Below, piece after piece: positions 37,024 to 47,433 of a stretch of 64,000 bases of DNA. This DNA comes from Dehalococcoidia bacterium (GTDB lineage: Bacteria; Chloroflexota; Dehalococcoidia; Bin125). The translations under genes and the position numbers were made by a program. Below the pieces are notes generated by a model that saw nothing but the letters and a program-made list of their open reading frames with translations, did no database searches and was not told the DNA's origin. The stretch's first letter is position 1. Every line of letters begins with the position of its first letter. The stretch is taken from positions 59,139 to 123,138 of the forward strand of contig CAXXRD010000004.1 in the NCBI GenBank assembly GCA_963663895.2. Direction: 5' to 3'.

Positions 37024-37500
37024 ATGCGAGCGTCCACGCGACTCGAAGAGCTGGGGATCACGCTACCGACCGGACTCGCGCCGGTGGCGCTGTACAAGCC
37101 GGCAGTCGTCACGGGATCCCTGTGCTACGTGTCGGGCAACATCAACCAGGACGCCAACGGCGATCTCACCATTACCGGGAAAGTCGGCGGCGAAGTCACG
37201 CTGGAGCAGGCCCGCGAGGCGGCGCGCCTTGCAGCGATCAACGCGCTCGCCGGCGCGGTCAATACCATCGGCTCGATCGACCGGATAACGAAGGTAGTTC
37301 GCATCACGGGCTATGTGAACGGGGCGCCGGGCTTTGACCAGCCGTCCAAGGTGATCGATGGCGCCTCGGAGCTGCTGCGCGACCTCTTCGGCGAGGACGG
37401 GATCGCGGCCCGATCCGCGATCGGCTTGGCCGAGCTGCCGTTCAGCGCCCCCGTCGAAGTAGAGCTGATTTTAGAGATCCGAGCCGAGCGCCGGAGCTAG
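37024..37500 (+). CDS. RidA/YjgF family protein
   Basis: Y.P....G...YVSG, GKVG, GAS.LL..LFGE.G..ARSAIG..LP...PVEVE. Confidence 0.92.
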   Translation: MRASTRLEELGITLPTGLAPVALYKPAVVTGSLCYVSGNINQDANGDLTITGKVGGEVTLEQAREAARLAAINALAGAVNTIGSIDRITKVVRITGYVNGAPGFDQPSKVIDGASELLRDLFGEDGIAARSAIGLAELPFSAPVEVELILEIRAERRS

Positions 37501-38624
37501 CTCTCCGAAGAGCCGTCGTTGCGCGAGGGAGTGCCGCGCCGGCGGCGGCGCGGCGCGGCGCGGCGATCGGCGCCGGCCTCACTGCGGTTTGCGCTGGTCT
37601 GGCCTGCCTGGCCGTCGCCCCTTCCCGCGCGGTGCTTTCGCGGACTCTGATCGCGGGGGGCTGCCTGCTCGCTGCTCGTGCCTCTGCGCCGGCGCCGCCG
37701 GCGTCCCCGGACGGGTCGATCGTCCTGCCGGTCAGGCTCGTCGCGCTGGCGCGGAGGGGCAGCGGCAGCCTGCGTGCGCTCGCTGGCCTCGACGATGGCT
37801 TGGTTGGGCGCTGTTTCCACGCGCACGGCGGTGCCCATCTCCGCGGCGGGCACCTCGACGCGCCGCCGCTCCTGCTCCAGCTCCACCGTCGCGGTTTGCT
37901 TCGGCACACTGACGGCGACGACTCGCCCTTGCCCCACTGGCGTGGAAACGTGCGCGCCAACCTTGGGGAGAGTGCCCCGCATCTCCTTATAGACGTCGAA
38001 TTCAAAGGTGAGGCAACACAGCAAGCGGCCGCAGACGCCGGAGATCTTGTCGGGGTTGAGGGAGAGATCTTGCGCCTTCGCCATGCGAATCCCCACTTTG
38101 GGGAAATCGGTCATCCACGATGCACAGCAGAGACGTTGCCCGCAGATGTCGTAGCCGTCGATGAGCTTGGCGCGGTCGCGCGGCCCGATGCGCTTCATGT
38201 GCAGGGAGAGCTGGTATTCCACTTCGATCGCTTCCTGCAGGCCGCGGAAGTCGACGTGCTCATCGGCCTCAAAGAAGCCGGTTGCTTCCGTGCCGCCAAG
38301 ATTGATCTGCACCGCCGACACATACAGCGGCAGCTCCAACTCCGCGATCATCACGCGCATGCGCCGCAGCATGGCGCCGGCGCGATCCTGCATCTCGATC
38401 GCGCGGACCCGATCATCATTGGAGGCGAGCCGCTTGATGGGCCTGACATCGGAGGGGACGGGGCCGGCGTCCGCATCAGGGGTGGTGACGATACGAGCCA
38501 GCTCCTCGCCGTGCGCCGTCGGGACGACGACGTACTCGCCGACGTAGACCTCTTCCTGGGGAGGCGCAAAGTGGTAGATCTTGGCGGCCTCGCGGAAGCG
38601 CACGCCAATGACGTTAGCCGTCAT
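37497..38624 (-). CDS. ricT: PSP1-domain protein (RicT/YaaT family)
   Basis: GVRF....KIY.F, VDFR.L, CG..LCC, MAK.Q.LSLNP.KISG.CGRL.CCL.FE; lies downstream of holB. Confidence 0.9.
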   Translation of the reverse strand: MTANVIGVRFREAAKIYHFAPPQEEVYVGEYVVVPTAHGEELARIVTTPDADAGPVPSDVRPIKRLASNDDRVRAIEMQDRAGAMLRRMRVMIAELELPLYVSAVQINLGGTEATGFFEADEHVDFRGLQEAIEVEYQLSLHMKRIGPRDRAKLIDGYDICGQRLCCASWMTDFPKVGIRMAKAQDLSLNPDKISGVCGRLLCCLTFEFDVYKEMRGTLPKVGAHVSTPVGQGRVVAVSVPKQTATVELEQERRRVEVPAAEMGTAVRVETAPNQAIVEASERTQAAAAPPRQRDEPDRQDDRPVRGRRRRRRRGTSSEQAAPRDQSPRKHRAGRGDGQAGQTSANRSEAGADRRAAPRRRRRGTPSRNDGSSES

Positions 38625-39660
38625 ACGCACTCCTTTCGGCCGGCGGGGTTTGCAGCAGCATCGCCTCAAGAGCGAGGCGAGGATTCACCCCGCGCCGCAG
38701 ATGCTCGCGCGTTTCGACAAGCGTGTGTAGGAAGCGGGCGACATCCGCAGGCCGGTAGCGCGTGGCGTCGTCCCGGAGCTGCTCGATCAGGTTTTGGTGG
38801 GTGACACGCTCGGCGGCGCCGGTGACGACGCGGAGCAGGTCGCGCCACCAAGCGATCCAGTGATCGAGCGCGTTGAGAGCGTTGACCGGCTCGGCGCCGC
38901 CGCGTCCCGCGAGGCTTTGGGCATAGGTGAGGCGATCGGCGCAGCTACTCGCGAGGATGCGGCCCACCTCTTCCGTCTGCGTGCGGCGCACCTCCAGGGG
39001 ATCGCCTTCGTCCAGCGCGGTGATCGCCCAACCCACCCGTCCGCCCGCGAGGCGAGCGAGGACCGCCGCCGTCTCGGCTTCCACGCCTCGCTCGGTGGCC
39101 AGCCAAGTCGCCAGATCCGCGACGGGCAGGGGGGCCAACGTCCATTCCTGACAGCGAGAGCGCACGGTGTCGTGCAGACGCGCAGGACGCTCGGTCACGA
39201 GGAGGAAAGTGACAGCCGGCGGGGGTTCCTCCAGCGTCTTCAAGAAAGCGTTCTCGGCTTCGTCCGTGAGTGCGTCCGCCGGATCGACGATGTAGACGCG
39301 GCGGCACCCCTCGTAGGGCTGCATGGCGGCGGCGGCCTCCATGCGGCGCACGGCGCAGATACCGATGGTGTGGCTGCGGCTGTGGTCGTGGTCGCTCACG
39401 CGGCAGATGCCGCCGGGCGCGATCACTTCCACATCCGCATGCTGACCGCGGGCGATCCGGCGGCAAGACCGACACTCGTCACAGGGACGAGGCTCGCCCT
39501 GGCAGTTAAGAGCGCGCGCCAGCGCGAGGGCGAGGGTCCCCTTGCCGACGTGCGCCGGGCCAGTGAGCAGCATTGCAGGGGGAAGCCGGTCCGCGACCAG
39601 AGCCCATTCCAACGCTCCGATCACCCTATCCCCGCCGACGAGGCCCCAGCGCGCGATCAC
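38614..39660 (-). CDS. holB: DNA polymerase III delta' subunit
   Basis: GPAHVGK, C...PCDECRSC, NAFLKTLEEPP and TVRSRC motifs. Confidence 0.93.
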   Translation of the reverse strand: MIARWGLVGGDRVIGALEWALVADRLPPAMLLTGPAHVGKGTLALALARALNCQGEPRPCDECRSCRRIARGQHADVEVIAPGGICRVSDHDHSRSHTIGICAVRRMEAAAAMQPYEGCRRVYIVDPADALTDEAENAFLKTLEEPPPAVTFLLVTERPARLHDTVRSRCQEWTLAPLPVADLATWLATERGVEAETAAVLARLAGGRVGWAITALDEGDPLEVRRTQTEEVGRILASSCADRLTYAQSLAGRGGAEPVNALNALDHWIAWWRDLLRVVTGAAERVTHQNLIEQLRDDATRYRPADVARFLHTLVETREHLRRGVNPRLALEAMLLQTPPAERSAYDG

Positions 39661-41012
39661 GTCCGCCCCACCTGGGTCGCATCCTCTTCGAGCGCCAGAA
39701 GACCGTCATAACTCTGGCGGCGGCGCGCCAGGCGGGCCCTGCCCTGCCCGACAAAGACGACGGCCGGCCGGGTTGCGAGATTGTAGTTACTCTCCATCGC
39801 GAGGTGATAGGCGCCGCTGGCGGGCAGGGCGAGAAGGTCGCCAGCCTGCAGGCGGGGCAGCCCCGCCTCGCGCACCAAGATATCGCCACTCTCGCAGAAC
39901 TTGCCCGCCACGGCGACGGTCTCCTCGACGGCGTCGTGCATCCGGTTGGCCGCCAAGGCGACGTAGCGCGAGCCGTACATGGCGGGCCGCACGTTGTCGG
40001 CCATGCCCCCGTCGACGCTGATATAGGTACGGACGCCTTCGATCGCTTTGCGGGCGCCAACCGTATACACGGCGACGCCAGCGCGGGCCACGATCGAGCG
40101 GCCGGGCTCTAGGTGGACGCGGGGAACGGGCAGATCGTGCGTGGTGCAGGCAGCGTGGAGCGTACGGCTCACGGCTTGGGCATAGTCGGCGACGGCGGGC
40201 GGGACTTGATCGGGCGTGTAGGCGACGGCGAAGCCGCCGCCCACCGAGAACTCGCGCCAGTGAAACTCAAAGGCGTCCCACATGCGCGCGGCAAAGCTTG
40301 CCATAACCTGGATGCCGCGACTATAGGGCTCGATGGAGAAGATGGGGGAGCCAAGATGAACGTGATAGCCCCGCAACTCCAGACCATCGGCCGCGAGGGT
40401 GCGCCGCACGGCTTCCTCGGCGTCGCCCGGCGCCAAAGGGAAGCCGAACTTGCTATCCGCGATACCGGTGGTCGTTTTTTCGTGAGTATGCGCGTCGACG
40501 CCGGGGGTCACGCGGAGGAGCACGGGCTGCGGGCGGCCGCGTTGTTGCGAGATCTGGTCCAAGAGCGCGAGCTCGTGGAAATTATCGATGACGATCCGGC
40601 CGACGCCGGCATCGAGAGCCTCCCTGAGCTCGGCTTCACTCTTGTTGTTGCCGTGAAACACGATCCGTGCCATGGGGAAGCCGGCACGGCGCGCGACGAA
40701 TAGCTCGCCGCCCGAAACGACGTCGAGCCCCAACCCCTCCTGCGCCGCGATCGCGGCGATGGTGGGGCTCAGATACGCCTTGGCCGCGTATTGCACGTCA
40801 GCACCCGGGAGGACGCGATCGAACTGCACGCGGAACTCGCGGCAGGCGCTGCGGATCGTCGTCTCGTCATAGACGTATAGGGGAGTGCCGAACTCGGCGA
40901 CGAGCGCTGGGACGTCGCAGCCGCCGATCTGCAGGTGGCCCCGTGCATCCGTCGTAGCGGTCGTGGGAAGTACTGATGCCAGCGCGTGCACAGCACCCGT
41001 CCGGTCGCTCAC
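39657..41012 (-). CDS. lysA: Diaminopimelate decarboxylase
   Basis: FGTPLYVYDE, YAAKA, HGNNKS, SKFG, H.H.GS, EPGRS, CESGD and GAY motifs. Confidence 0.96.
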   Translation of the reverse strand: MSDRTGAVHALASVLPTTATTDARGHLQIGGCDVPALVAEFGTPLYVYDETTIRSACREFRVQFDRVLPGADVQYAAKAYLSPTIAAIAAQEGLGLDVVSGGELFVARRAGFPMARIVFHGNNKSEAELREALDAGVGRIVIDNFHELALLDQISQQRGRPQPVLLRVTPGVDAHTHEKTTTGIADSKFGFPLAPGDAEEAVRRTLAADGLELRGYHVHLGSPIFSIEPYSRGIQVMASFAARMWDAFEFHWREFSVGGGFAVAYTPDQVPPAVADYAQAVSRTLHAACTTHDLPVPRVHLEPGRSIVARAGVAVYTVGARKAIEGVRTYISVDGGMADNVRPAMYGSRYVALAANRMHDAVEETVAVAGKFCESGDILVREAGLPRLQAGDLLALPASGAYHLAMESNYNLATRPAVVFVGQGRARLARRRQSYDGLLALEEDATQVGRT

Positions 41013-41089
41013 GGGATTCGCTCCTCGGCCCGCGCCGGCGCGGCGCAACGGCGCGGCGTGACGGGCCGGTTTCGTTCGTTAAGGTCTTT

Positions 41090-41118
41090 ATCGTAGCGGC
41101 GGCGGGGACAGGTGTCAT
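41090..41118 (-). promoter_or_regulatory. Putative promoter of lysA-holB-ricT
   Basis: Minus strand ATGACA-N17-TACGAT. Confidence 0.45.
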
Positions 41119-41225
41119 GAGCGGAGCCACAGATGAGCGATCCGCCCTGGCGAGCGCCCGGCGGCCTCGACTAGACTCGGCGCCCGCCGCGAGGCGGACC
41201 CTGACGAAGCAGGCCGGAAAGCGAC

Positions 41226-41870
41226 ATGGACGCGCATCTCGAATCCGATACACTGCGAGTCCTCAAGAAAGGTCCTCTGGGACCGTACGCCAACAACGGC
41301 ATCGTCTTGGTAGACAAGGCGACAAACCAGAGTGCGATCATCGACGCGGCCGACGAGATCGAGCAGGTGATCGAAGCCACGGCCGGGACCGAAGTACGCT
41401 TCGTACTGTTCACGCATGCGCACGTGGACCACGTGTGGAGCTTTGATGTGCTGAAAGAGACGGTCGCAGCGCCGTTCTGCATGCATCCAGCGGAGCCGAA
41501 TGTCGACCACGACCGCATTGACGTCCACCTGCAGGGCGGCGAAAGGTTAACGCTCGGCTCTACCGAGATACGGGTGATCCATACGCCCGGCCATACATCC
41601 GGCAGCCTTTGCTATCATGCACCGCCCATCTGCGTAGTGGGGGACACCCTCTTCCCCGGCGGGCCCGGCCGTAGCGGCAGCGCCGCGGCGTTGCTGACGA
41701 TGATCCGTTCGATCACGGCGGATCTGTTCGCGCTACCGGACGAGACGGTGCTGCTCCCCGGCCACGGCGCCGACGGCACGATCGCCGAGAGCAAGGCCGA
41801 GTACGCCGATTTCGCCAAGCGCCATCACGATCCCGATCTACACGGCGACGTGCTCTGGAGACGGGATTGA
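41226..41870 (+). CDS. MBL-fold metallo-hydrolase (glyoxalase II-like)
   Basis: THAHVDH, HTPGHT, GDTLF and PGHG motifs. Confidence 0.93.
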   Translation: MDAHLESDTLRVLKKGPLGPYANNGIVLVDKATNQSAIIDAADEIEQVIEATAGTEVRFVLFTHAHVDHVWSFDVLKETVAAPFCMHPAEPNVDHDRIDVHLQGGERLTLGSTEIRVIHTPGHTSGSLCYHAPPICVVGDTLFPGGPGRSGSAAALLTMIRSITADLFALPDETVLLPGHGADGTIAESKAEYADFAKRHHDPDLHGDVLWRRD

Positions 41871-41913
41871 GTGCGATCGAGCCGACCAAAGTCGCCCCTG
41901 GGCTGAGTGCTTG

Positions 41914-43182
41914 ATGCAGCAAACCGTCCTCTCGAACGGGCTGCGGGTGCTGACAATCGAGATGGCGCACAGTCGCTCGGCGACCGTGAGCTTCTATGCG
42001 GGGGCGGGGGCGCGGTACGAACCACCGCAGGATGCGGGGATCTCCCACTTTGTGGAGCACGCCTGCTTCAAGGGCTCGCAGGGCCGTCCAACGCCCGAGC
42101 AGATCTCCGAGGCGATCGAAGGGGTGGGGGGAGTGCTGAACGCCGGAACGGATCGCGAACTGACCGTCTTCTACGCCAAGGTTCCGGCAGCGCACCTCTC
42201 CCTCGCGCTCGACGTGATCCTGGACTTGGCGATCCGGCCCCTCTTCGACGCCGAAGCGTTCGAGAAGGAGCGGCAGGTGGTGCTGGAGGAGCTGGCAATG
42301 GTGGAGGACCAGCCGGGCCAGCTGGCCGAACTGGCACTCGACGGCCTCCTTTGGCCGGCCGATCCGTTGGGACGCGATGTGGCGGGGACACCGGAAACGG
42401 TGCGGGCGATCAGCCGCGCGAGCGCGGCTGCTTACCGGCGCAATCAGTACACCCCGGCCAACACGCTCGTGTCGATCGCAGGAGCGATCGACACCGAGGC
42501 GGCCATCGAAACGGTAACGGCCAGCACCGAGGACTGGGCATTCGGCGCGCCCACGGACTGGCAGCGGGCAGTCGCTCCCAGTCAGCGAGAGGTGACGGAG
42601 CGGATCGCGGTGCGGAACAAGCCGACGGAGCAGGCAAACGTGCTCCTGGGATTGCCGGGGCTCTCGGGGCAGCATCCCGACCGCTACGCGCTCCATCTCT
42701 TGACCAGCGCGCTGGGCGAGGGGATGAGCAGCCGTCTGTTCGTCGAACTGCGAGAGCGCCGTGGCTTGGCCTACGACGTCCAAGCCTACGCCACCCACCT
42801 GCGCGACACCGGCGCACTCTCGGTTTACTTGGGGGTCGACCCAGACAATGTGGACGAAGCGATCGGGCTGACCGTGCGTGAGCTGGGACGTTTACGCGAG
42901 GGCGTCAGCGAGGCGGAGCTGACCAAGGTGCGGGAGTGCACCAAGGGGCGAATACTGCTCAGCCTGGAGGATACGCGCGCCGTCTCCGCCTGGTTCGGAA
43001 GCCAGACGTTGCTGCAGGAGCGGGCGCGGTCGGTTGAAGAGGTGATCGCCAAGTTGGACGCGGTGACGCGAGACGACTTAGCACGGGTAGCGGGAGACGT
43101 GGTGTGTGAGGAGCGACTATTGCTGGCCGTGGTCGGGCCTTTCGCCTCGGCGGAGCCGTTCGCGACGCTCTTGCGATTCTAG
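41914..43182 (+). CDS. M16 family (pitrilysin-like) metallopeptidase
   Basis: L.NGLRV, GISHFVEH (HxxEH), ER.VVLEE and MSSRLF.ELRE.RGLAY motifs. Confidence 0.94.
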   Translation: MQQTVLSNGLRVLTIEMAHSRSATVSFYAGAGARYEPPQDAGISHFVEHACFKGSQGRPTPEQISEAIEGVGGVLNAGTDRELTVFYAKVPAAHLSLALDVILDLAIRPLFDAEAFEKERQVVLEELAMVEDQPGQLAELALDGLLWPADPLGRDVAGTPETVRAISRASAAAYRRNQYTPANTLVSIAGAIDTEAAIETVTASTEDWAFGAPTDWQRAVAPSQREVTERIAVRNKPTEQANVLLGLPGLSGQHPDRYALHLLTSALGEGMSSRLFVELRERRGLAYDVQAYATHLRDTGALSVYLGVDPDNVDEAIGLTVRELGRLREGVSEAELTKVRECTKGRILLSLEDTRAVSAWFGSQTLLQERARSVEEVIAKLDAVTRDDLARVAGDVVCEERLLLAVVGPFASAEPFATLLRF

Positions 43183-43197
43183 CTGCAGCGGCGGCGC

Positions 43198-43707
43198 CTA
43201 GTTCGTACCGCCTCTGGGGAAATGGTCTGCGTTTTGCAAGAGGCCGCGGAGATGATTCATCTCCCCCGCGTGGTAGATGTCGTGCATGATGATCGCGTCA
43301 ATCAGAAGACGCGTCTCGCGTTCTTCGCCCCAGTGGGTGGGGCGAAGAACGCGCAACTCCGCGTCGTCCTTCAGAGCGGTAACGCCGGCGATAACCTCGG
43401 CATGCGCACGGCGGAGCCACTCGGTGAGCTCTTCGAGCCCCGCTTCTTCCATCTTGTGGGAGCCGTTCCAGGTGGTCCACCAAGACAGGCGCCGGTCGCC
43501 GAAGGCGTGGTTGGCGTGCATCCGCTTGACCGAGGCACAATGCGCGACGAAGTCCCGCACGGTCCGGCCGCCCGACGGCGGTAGGAGATCGAGCTCGTCC
43601 GCAACGACGGAAGACAGATTGGCGAGAAGGGAATGCTCCGGCTTGCGCTCGAAGGCTTCATCGAGCTGCCAGATGAGGAACTCCAGCACATCGCGAGGCA
43701 TCAGCAC
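43198..43707 (-). CDS. DinB family protein
   Basis: TVRDFVAH and HDIYHAGE His triad; predicted four-helix bundle. Confidence 0.85.
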   Translation of the reverse strand: MLMPRDVLEFLIWQLDEAFERKPEHSLLANLSSVVADELDLLPPSGGRTVRDFVAHCASVKRMHANHAFGDRRLSWWTTWNGSHKMEEAGLEELTEWLRRAHAEVIAGVTALKDDAELRVLRPTHWGEERETRLLIDAIIMHDIYHAGEMNHLRGLLQNADHFPRGGTN

Positions 43708-43709
43708 CC

Positions 43710-45617
43710 TCAGCTTGACGAGACGACAGGGACCGATTCACTCCGAGTGGCGCGGCGCGCGGCGATCAGATCGTCCAGCTTGATTGCACAGAGCTTTGCC
43801 TCGTGCTCGAGTCCACAGACCTCGCAGCCAAACCGGCAATCGGGGGTGGTGAGCTCCTTGGCGGTGCGGAGCCACTCGCGGCGCAGAAAGGCTTCGCTCA
43901 CGCCACTGGCGATGTGGGACCACGGGAAGCGCTCGAAGAGATCGCGTTCCCGATGGCAATAAAACGCCGGGTCGAGACCCGCTTCGCGAAAGGCTTCGTC
44001 CCAGGCAGCGGGGGTGTGGTGCTCACTCCAGGCATCGAAGCGGGCACCGCGCCGCCAGGCCCCCTCAACGACCGCAGCCAGCCTGCGGTCGCCGCGGCTG
44101 AGCACGCCTTCCAGGATCGATTCCGTGGGATCGTTCCAGGTGAAGTCGAGCCCGGCTTGGCGACAGGCCCGCCGGAGCAGCTCGTGCTTGGGCCGCAGCT
44201 CGGCGGCGGTCTCCTGCCGCGCCCATTGGAAAGGGGCATGCGCCTTGGGGACGTGGTTGGAGGTGGAGACGCGCACGCGGGCGCGCTTCCCCACGTGTTG
44301 GCGACCGATCGCCTTGACTTGGGCGGCCCAGTCGACAATGCCCTGCACGTCCTCCATCGTCTCGGTAGGCAGGCCGACCATGAAGTAGAGCTTGATATTG
44401 GTCCAGCCGTTCGCGAAGGCGTTCCGAGCGGCCTCCAACAAGTCCTCGTCGGCGACGACTTTGCTGACCGCGTTGCGGAGACGCTGGCTACCCGCCTCGG
44501 GCGCAAAGGTCATGCCATGCTTCTTGCCGCTGGCGCAGGCGAGGGCGACATCGACGCTGAAGGAGTCCACGCGGGTACTGGGCAGTGAAAGCGTGATGCG
44601 CTCCCCGAATTCCGCGCGCAGGGTCTGCACGATCTCCTTGATCTGGCTGTGGTCGGTGCTGCTGAGCGAGACGAGCGAAAGCTCGTCATAGCCGGTATTG
44701 GCGAAGATCTCCTTGGCCGCCGCGACGACCTCGCCCGGCGTGCGCTCCCGCAGGGGCCGGTAGATCATCCCCGCCTGACAAAACCGACAGCCCTGCGTGC
44801 AGCCGCGCTGAATTTCGATGCCGGCGCGGTCGTGAACGGTTTGCAGGAACGGGACGATGGGCTTGGTGAGGACCGGGGGCATCCCCTGCAGGAAGCGCTT
44901 GATGATCGGCAGGGGCGCCGCGGCGTCGGTCGCGAAGACCTCCGCGACGGTGCCATCAACGTTGTAGCGCCATTCGTAGAGGCTCGGCACATAGACGCCC
45001 TGGACACGGGCGAGCGCGCGGAGGAGCTCGGTCCGGTCACCATCGGAGCTTTTCCAGTCGGCGAGGAGATCGTTGATCTCGAGGACGACCTCCTCGCCTT
45101 CGCCGAGCACGAACGCATCGACGAACGGCGCCAGCGGTTCCGGCACCAGCGCGCCCGACCCGCCGGCGAAGACGAGGGGAGCGTCGCCGGTGCGGTCGGC
45201 GGCCCGGACCGGCAGACCCGCGAGGTCGAGCATGTTCAGGATGTTGGTGTAGGTGAGCTCGTAGGAGAGCGAGAAGCCCAGCACGTCGAACTCGGCTAAA
45301 GGCCGCCGGTTCTCTAAGCTAAAGACGGGCATACGGTGCAGGCGCAGCGACGCCTCCATATCGGGCCACGGCGCGAAGCTCCGCTCCGCGAGTGTGCGCG
45401 GCGCCCGATTGAGGATGTCGTAGAGGCCGGCGATGCCCATGTTGGACATCCCGATGTCGTAGACATCGGGATAGATGAGCGCCCAGCGCACGTCGGCGTC
45501 GTCCCATGCGGGCCGCAGGCTGTTCCATTCGCCGCCGGAGTAGCGAGCAGGCTTGGAAACGCCGGCCAGCAGGGGGTCGAGGTCGATAGCCGACACGGCA
45601 GGGCCCTCCCAGAGCAA
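43710..45617 (-). CDS. TIGR03960-type B12-binding-domain radical SAM protein
   Basis: V.KPARY.GGE.N, YPD.Y.IGMSN.G, EI.RGCTQGCRFCQAG and APEAGSQRLR motifs. Confidence 0.92.
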   Translation of the reverse strand: MLWEGPAVSAIDLDPLLAGVSKPARYSGGEWNSLRPAWDDADVRWALIYPDVYDIGMSNMGIAGLYDILNRAPRTLAERSFAPWPDMEASLRLHRMPVFSLENRRPLAEFDVLGFSLSYELTYTNILNMLDLAGLPVRAADRTGDAPLVFAGGSGALVPEPLAPFVDAFVLGEGEEVVLEINDLLADWKSSDGDRTELLRALARVQGVYVPSLYEWRYNVDGTVAEVFATDAAAPLPIIKRFLQGMPPVLTKPIVPFLQTVHDRAGIEIQRGCTQGCRFCQAGMIYRPLRERTPGEVVAAAKEIFANTGYDELSLVSLSSTDHSQIKEIVQTLRAEFGERITLSLPSTRVDSFSVDVALACASGKKHGMTFAPEAGSQRLRNAVSKVVADEDLLEAARNAFANGWTNIKLYFMVGLPTETMEDVQGIVDWAAQVKAIGRQHVGKRARVRVSTSNHVPKAHAPFQWARQETAAELRPKHELLRRACRQAGLDFTWNDPTESILEGVLSRGDRRLAAVVEGAWRRGARFDAWSEHHTPAAWDEAFREAGLDPAFYCHRERDLFERFPWSHIASGVSEAFLRREWLRTAKELTTPDCRFGCEVCGLEHEAKLCAIKLDDLIAARRATRSESVPVVSSS

Positions 45618-45662
45618 CTCGGCCTTACGCTAGCGTTAAGACCCTAAAGAACTGCCGCCGCA

Positions 45663-46367
45663 TTGGCTACCGGAGTGCGACTTCTACCACGTCGAGCGCG
45701 CGATCCGGAAGGCACGCGTATCGCCGATCCACCCGCCCCCCCGATCGAATCGCGAGCCCCACGCGGCAGCGCTCCCAGTCTGGCCGCGCGCGGCGGCGTG
45801 CGCCGGTGGCGACGGGAGTACACGATCCTCCTCGCCGTCGGGTTACTCGTGTCGGTCTTGGCGTTCCTCTTTTTCTTCCTGGACCTTGATCTCAAGGAGT
45901 TGAAGCGGTTCGGCTATCTCGGAATTTTCCTGATCTCGCTTGTGGGGTCGGCCTCGGTGGCGCTGCCGCTCCCGGGGGCGGCCGTGGTCGTCGGGAGCGG
46001 GCAGTTCGTCGATGCCGTCGCGGGCATTCCGTTTTTCTTGCTCGTCGGGCTCACCGCATCACTGGGAGAGACGATCGGAGAGCTGACGGGCTATCTCGCC
46101 GGAGTAGGCGGCAAGGTGGTGATCGAGGACCGGCCGATCTACCACCGGCTCGACCGTTGGATGCGGCGGCACGGAATCATGACGATGTTCGTGCTCTCGG
46201 TGATCCCCAACCCGGTATTCGACGTGGGCGGGTTCCTGGCCGGAGCGGTGCGGATGCCGCTATGGCGCTTCCTGGTCACGGTCTTCGTGGGCAAGCTGAT
46301 CAAGAACTGCGTTCTCGCCTTTCTCGGCGATGCGGGCCTCGAAGCGATAATCGGCGCCTTCGACTAG
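45663..46367 (+). CDS. VTT/DedA (SNARE-associated) membrane protein, start uncertain
   Basis: GYLGIF, GE..GY..G, IPNP.FD..G..AG and F..GK..K motifs. Confidence 0.88.
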   Translation: MATGVRLLPRRARDPEGTRIADPPAPPIESRAPRGSAPSLAARGGVRRWRREYTILLAVGLLVSVLAFLFFFLDLDLKELKRFGYLGIFLISLVGSASVALPLPGAAVVVGSGQFVDAVAGIPFFLLVGLTASLGETIGELTGYLAGVGGKVVIEDRPIYHRLDRWMRRHGIMTMFVLSVIPNPVFDVGGFLAGAVRMPLWRFLVTVFVGKLIKNCVLAFLGDAGLEAIIGAFD

Positions 46368-46458
46368 GACGCCGGTCTGAGCGGGCGCAATGCTTGCTAG
46401 CATGGGAGATCGGGGAGGCCCGGCCTTCGAGCGAGAGGTGGCCGCGAGCGAGGCGGGC

Positions 46459-47433
46459 ATGGACGTGCTGAATCACGCCGCGACGACAGTAAGCGAAACC
46501 GTGCTGTGGCCCCTGCGCACGATCCGCCAGAGCCTGAGCGACACGCTGGGCACGCTCGACATCTTCTTGGGAGGATTCGGGCTGGTGGCAGCGCTGGTGA
46601 CGGCCGCGTTGCTCTCGCCCGCGCTCGGCGCCCTGCCGGGGGCGGCGGGGGACTTCGCGCCGGTGGGGATGGCCATCATCCTGGCGCCGGTGGGGATCGC
46701 GCTGGCCCTCAGTCGCCGCAGGGAGGTAGAGCGCTGGCTGAGCATGCTGCGCCAACCGGAGGCAGCGGAGGCATTCGGGAGATCGGGGAACGCGCAGACG
46801 GCGACCGCGTTGATGCCGGCGCTCATCATCGACACGAGCGCCATCATCGACGGCCGCCTGCCTACCGTGGCAGCCGCGGGCTTCCTGCCGAGTACGCTCA
46901 TCGTACCGCGGTTCGTGCTCGATGAGTTGCGGCGTATCGCCGACGACGCCGAGCCACTACGCCGCCAGCGAGGCCGGCGCGGGCTTGAGGCGCTGGCGAA
47001 TCTCCAAGACACCGGACACACGCAGATCCAGATCGATGAAGAGGACTTCCCCGCGGCGCGCGACGTGGTTGCGAAGCTGCTCGCGCTGGCGCGCGCCCGT
47101 AACGGCCGGCTGTTGACCACGGACGCGAACCTCAGCCGCGTGGCCGACGTTGAGCAGATCCGCGTCCTCAACTTCAACGCGCTGGCCGAAGCCGTGCATC
47201 AGCAGATGCTGCCGGGCGAGCTGCTACAGGTGCACGTACAACAAGAGGGGCGGGAGCGCGGGCAAGGCGTCGGTTACCTCGAAGACGGCACCATGGTGGT
47301 GATTGAGGAGGGGAGGGGACGGCTCGGTGAAGATGTAACGGTGGAGGTACAGCGCGTGATCCAGACGTCCGCAGGGCGCATGGTGTTTACGGAATTGCCA
47401 AGCATGAGTCACGGCGGAGAGAGCGGGAGGTGA
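46459..47433 (+). CDS. PIN/TRAM domain membrane protein (YacL-like)
   Basis: IDTSAIIDGR, P.FVL.EL, RGRRGL and QGVGYLEDGTMVV motifs; upstream of ispD; alternative start 46390. Confidence 0.9.
   Translation: MDVLNHAATTVSETVLWPLRTIRQSLSDTLGTLDIFLGGFGLVAALVTAALLSPALGALPGAAGDFAPVGMAIILAPVGIALALSRRREVERWLSMLRQPEAAEAFGRSGNAQTATALMPALIIDTSAIIDGRLPTVAAAGFLPSTLIVPRFVLDELRRIADDAEPLRRQRGRRGLEALANLQDTGHTQIQIDEEDFPAARDVVAKLLALARARNGRLLTTDANLSRVADVEQIRVLNFNALAEAVHQQMLPGELLQVHVQQEGRERGQGVGYLEDGTMVVIEEGRGRLGEDVTVEVQRVIQTSAGRMVFTELPSMSHGGESGR

Noticed and set aside
40645-40660. Second parS-like sequence inside lysA
   Set aside because: Four mismatches, and explained by the conserved FHGNNK coding sequence
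41013-41225. Lysine riboswitch upstream of lysA
   Set aside because: No recognisable aptamer core, and the putative promoter leaves too short a leader
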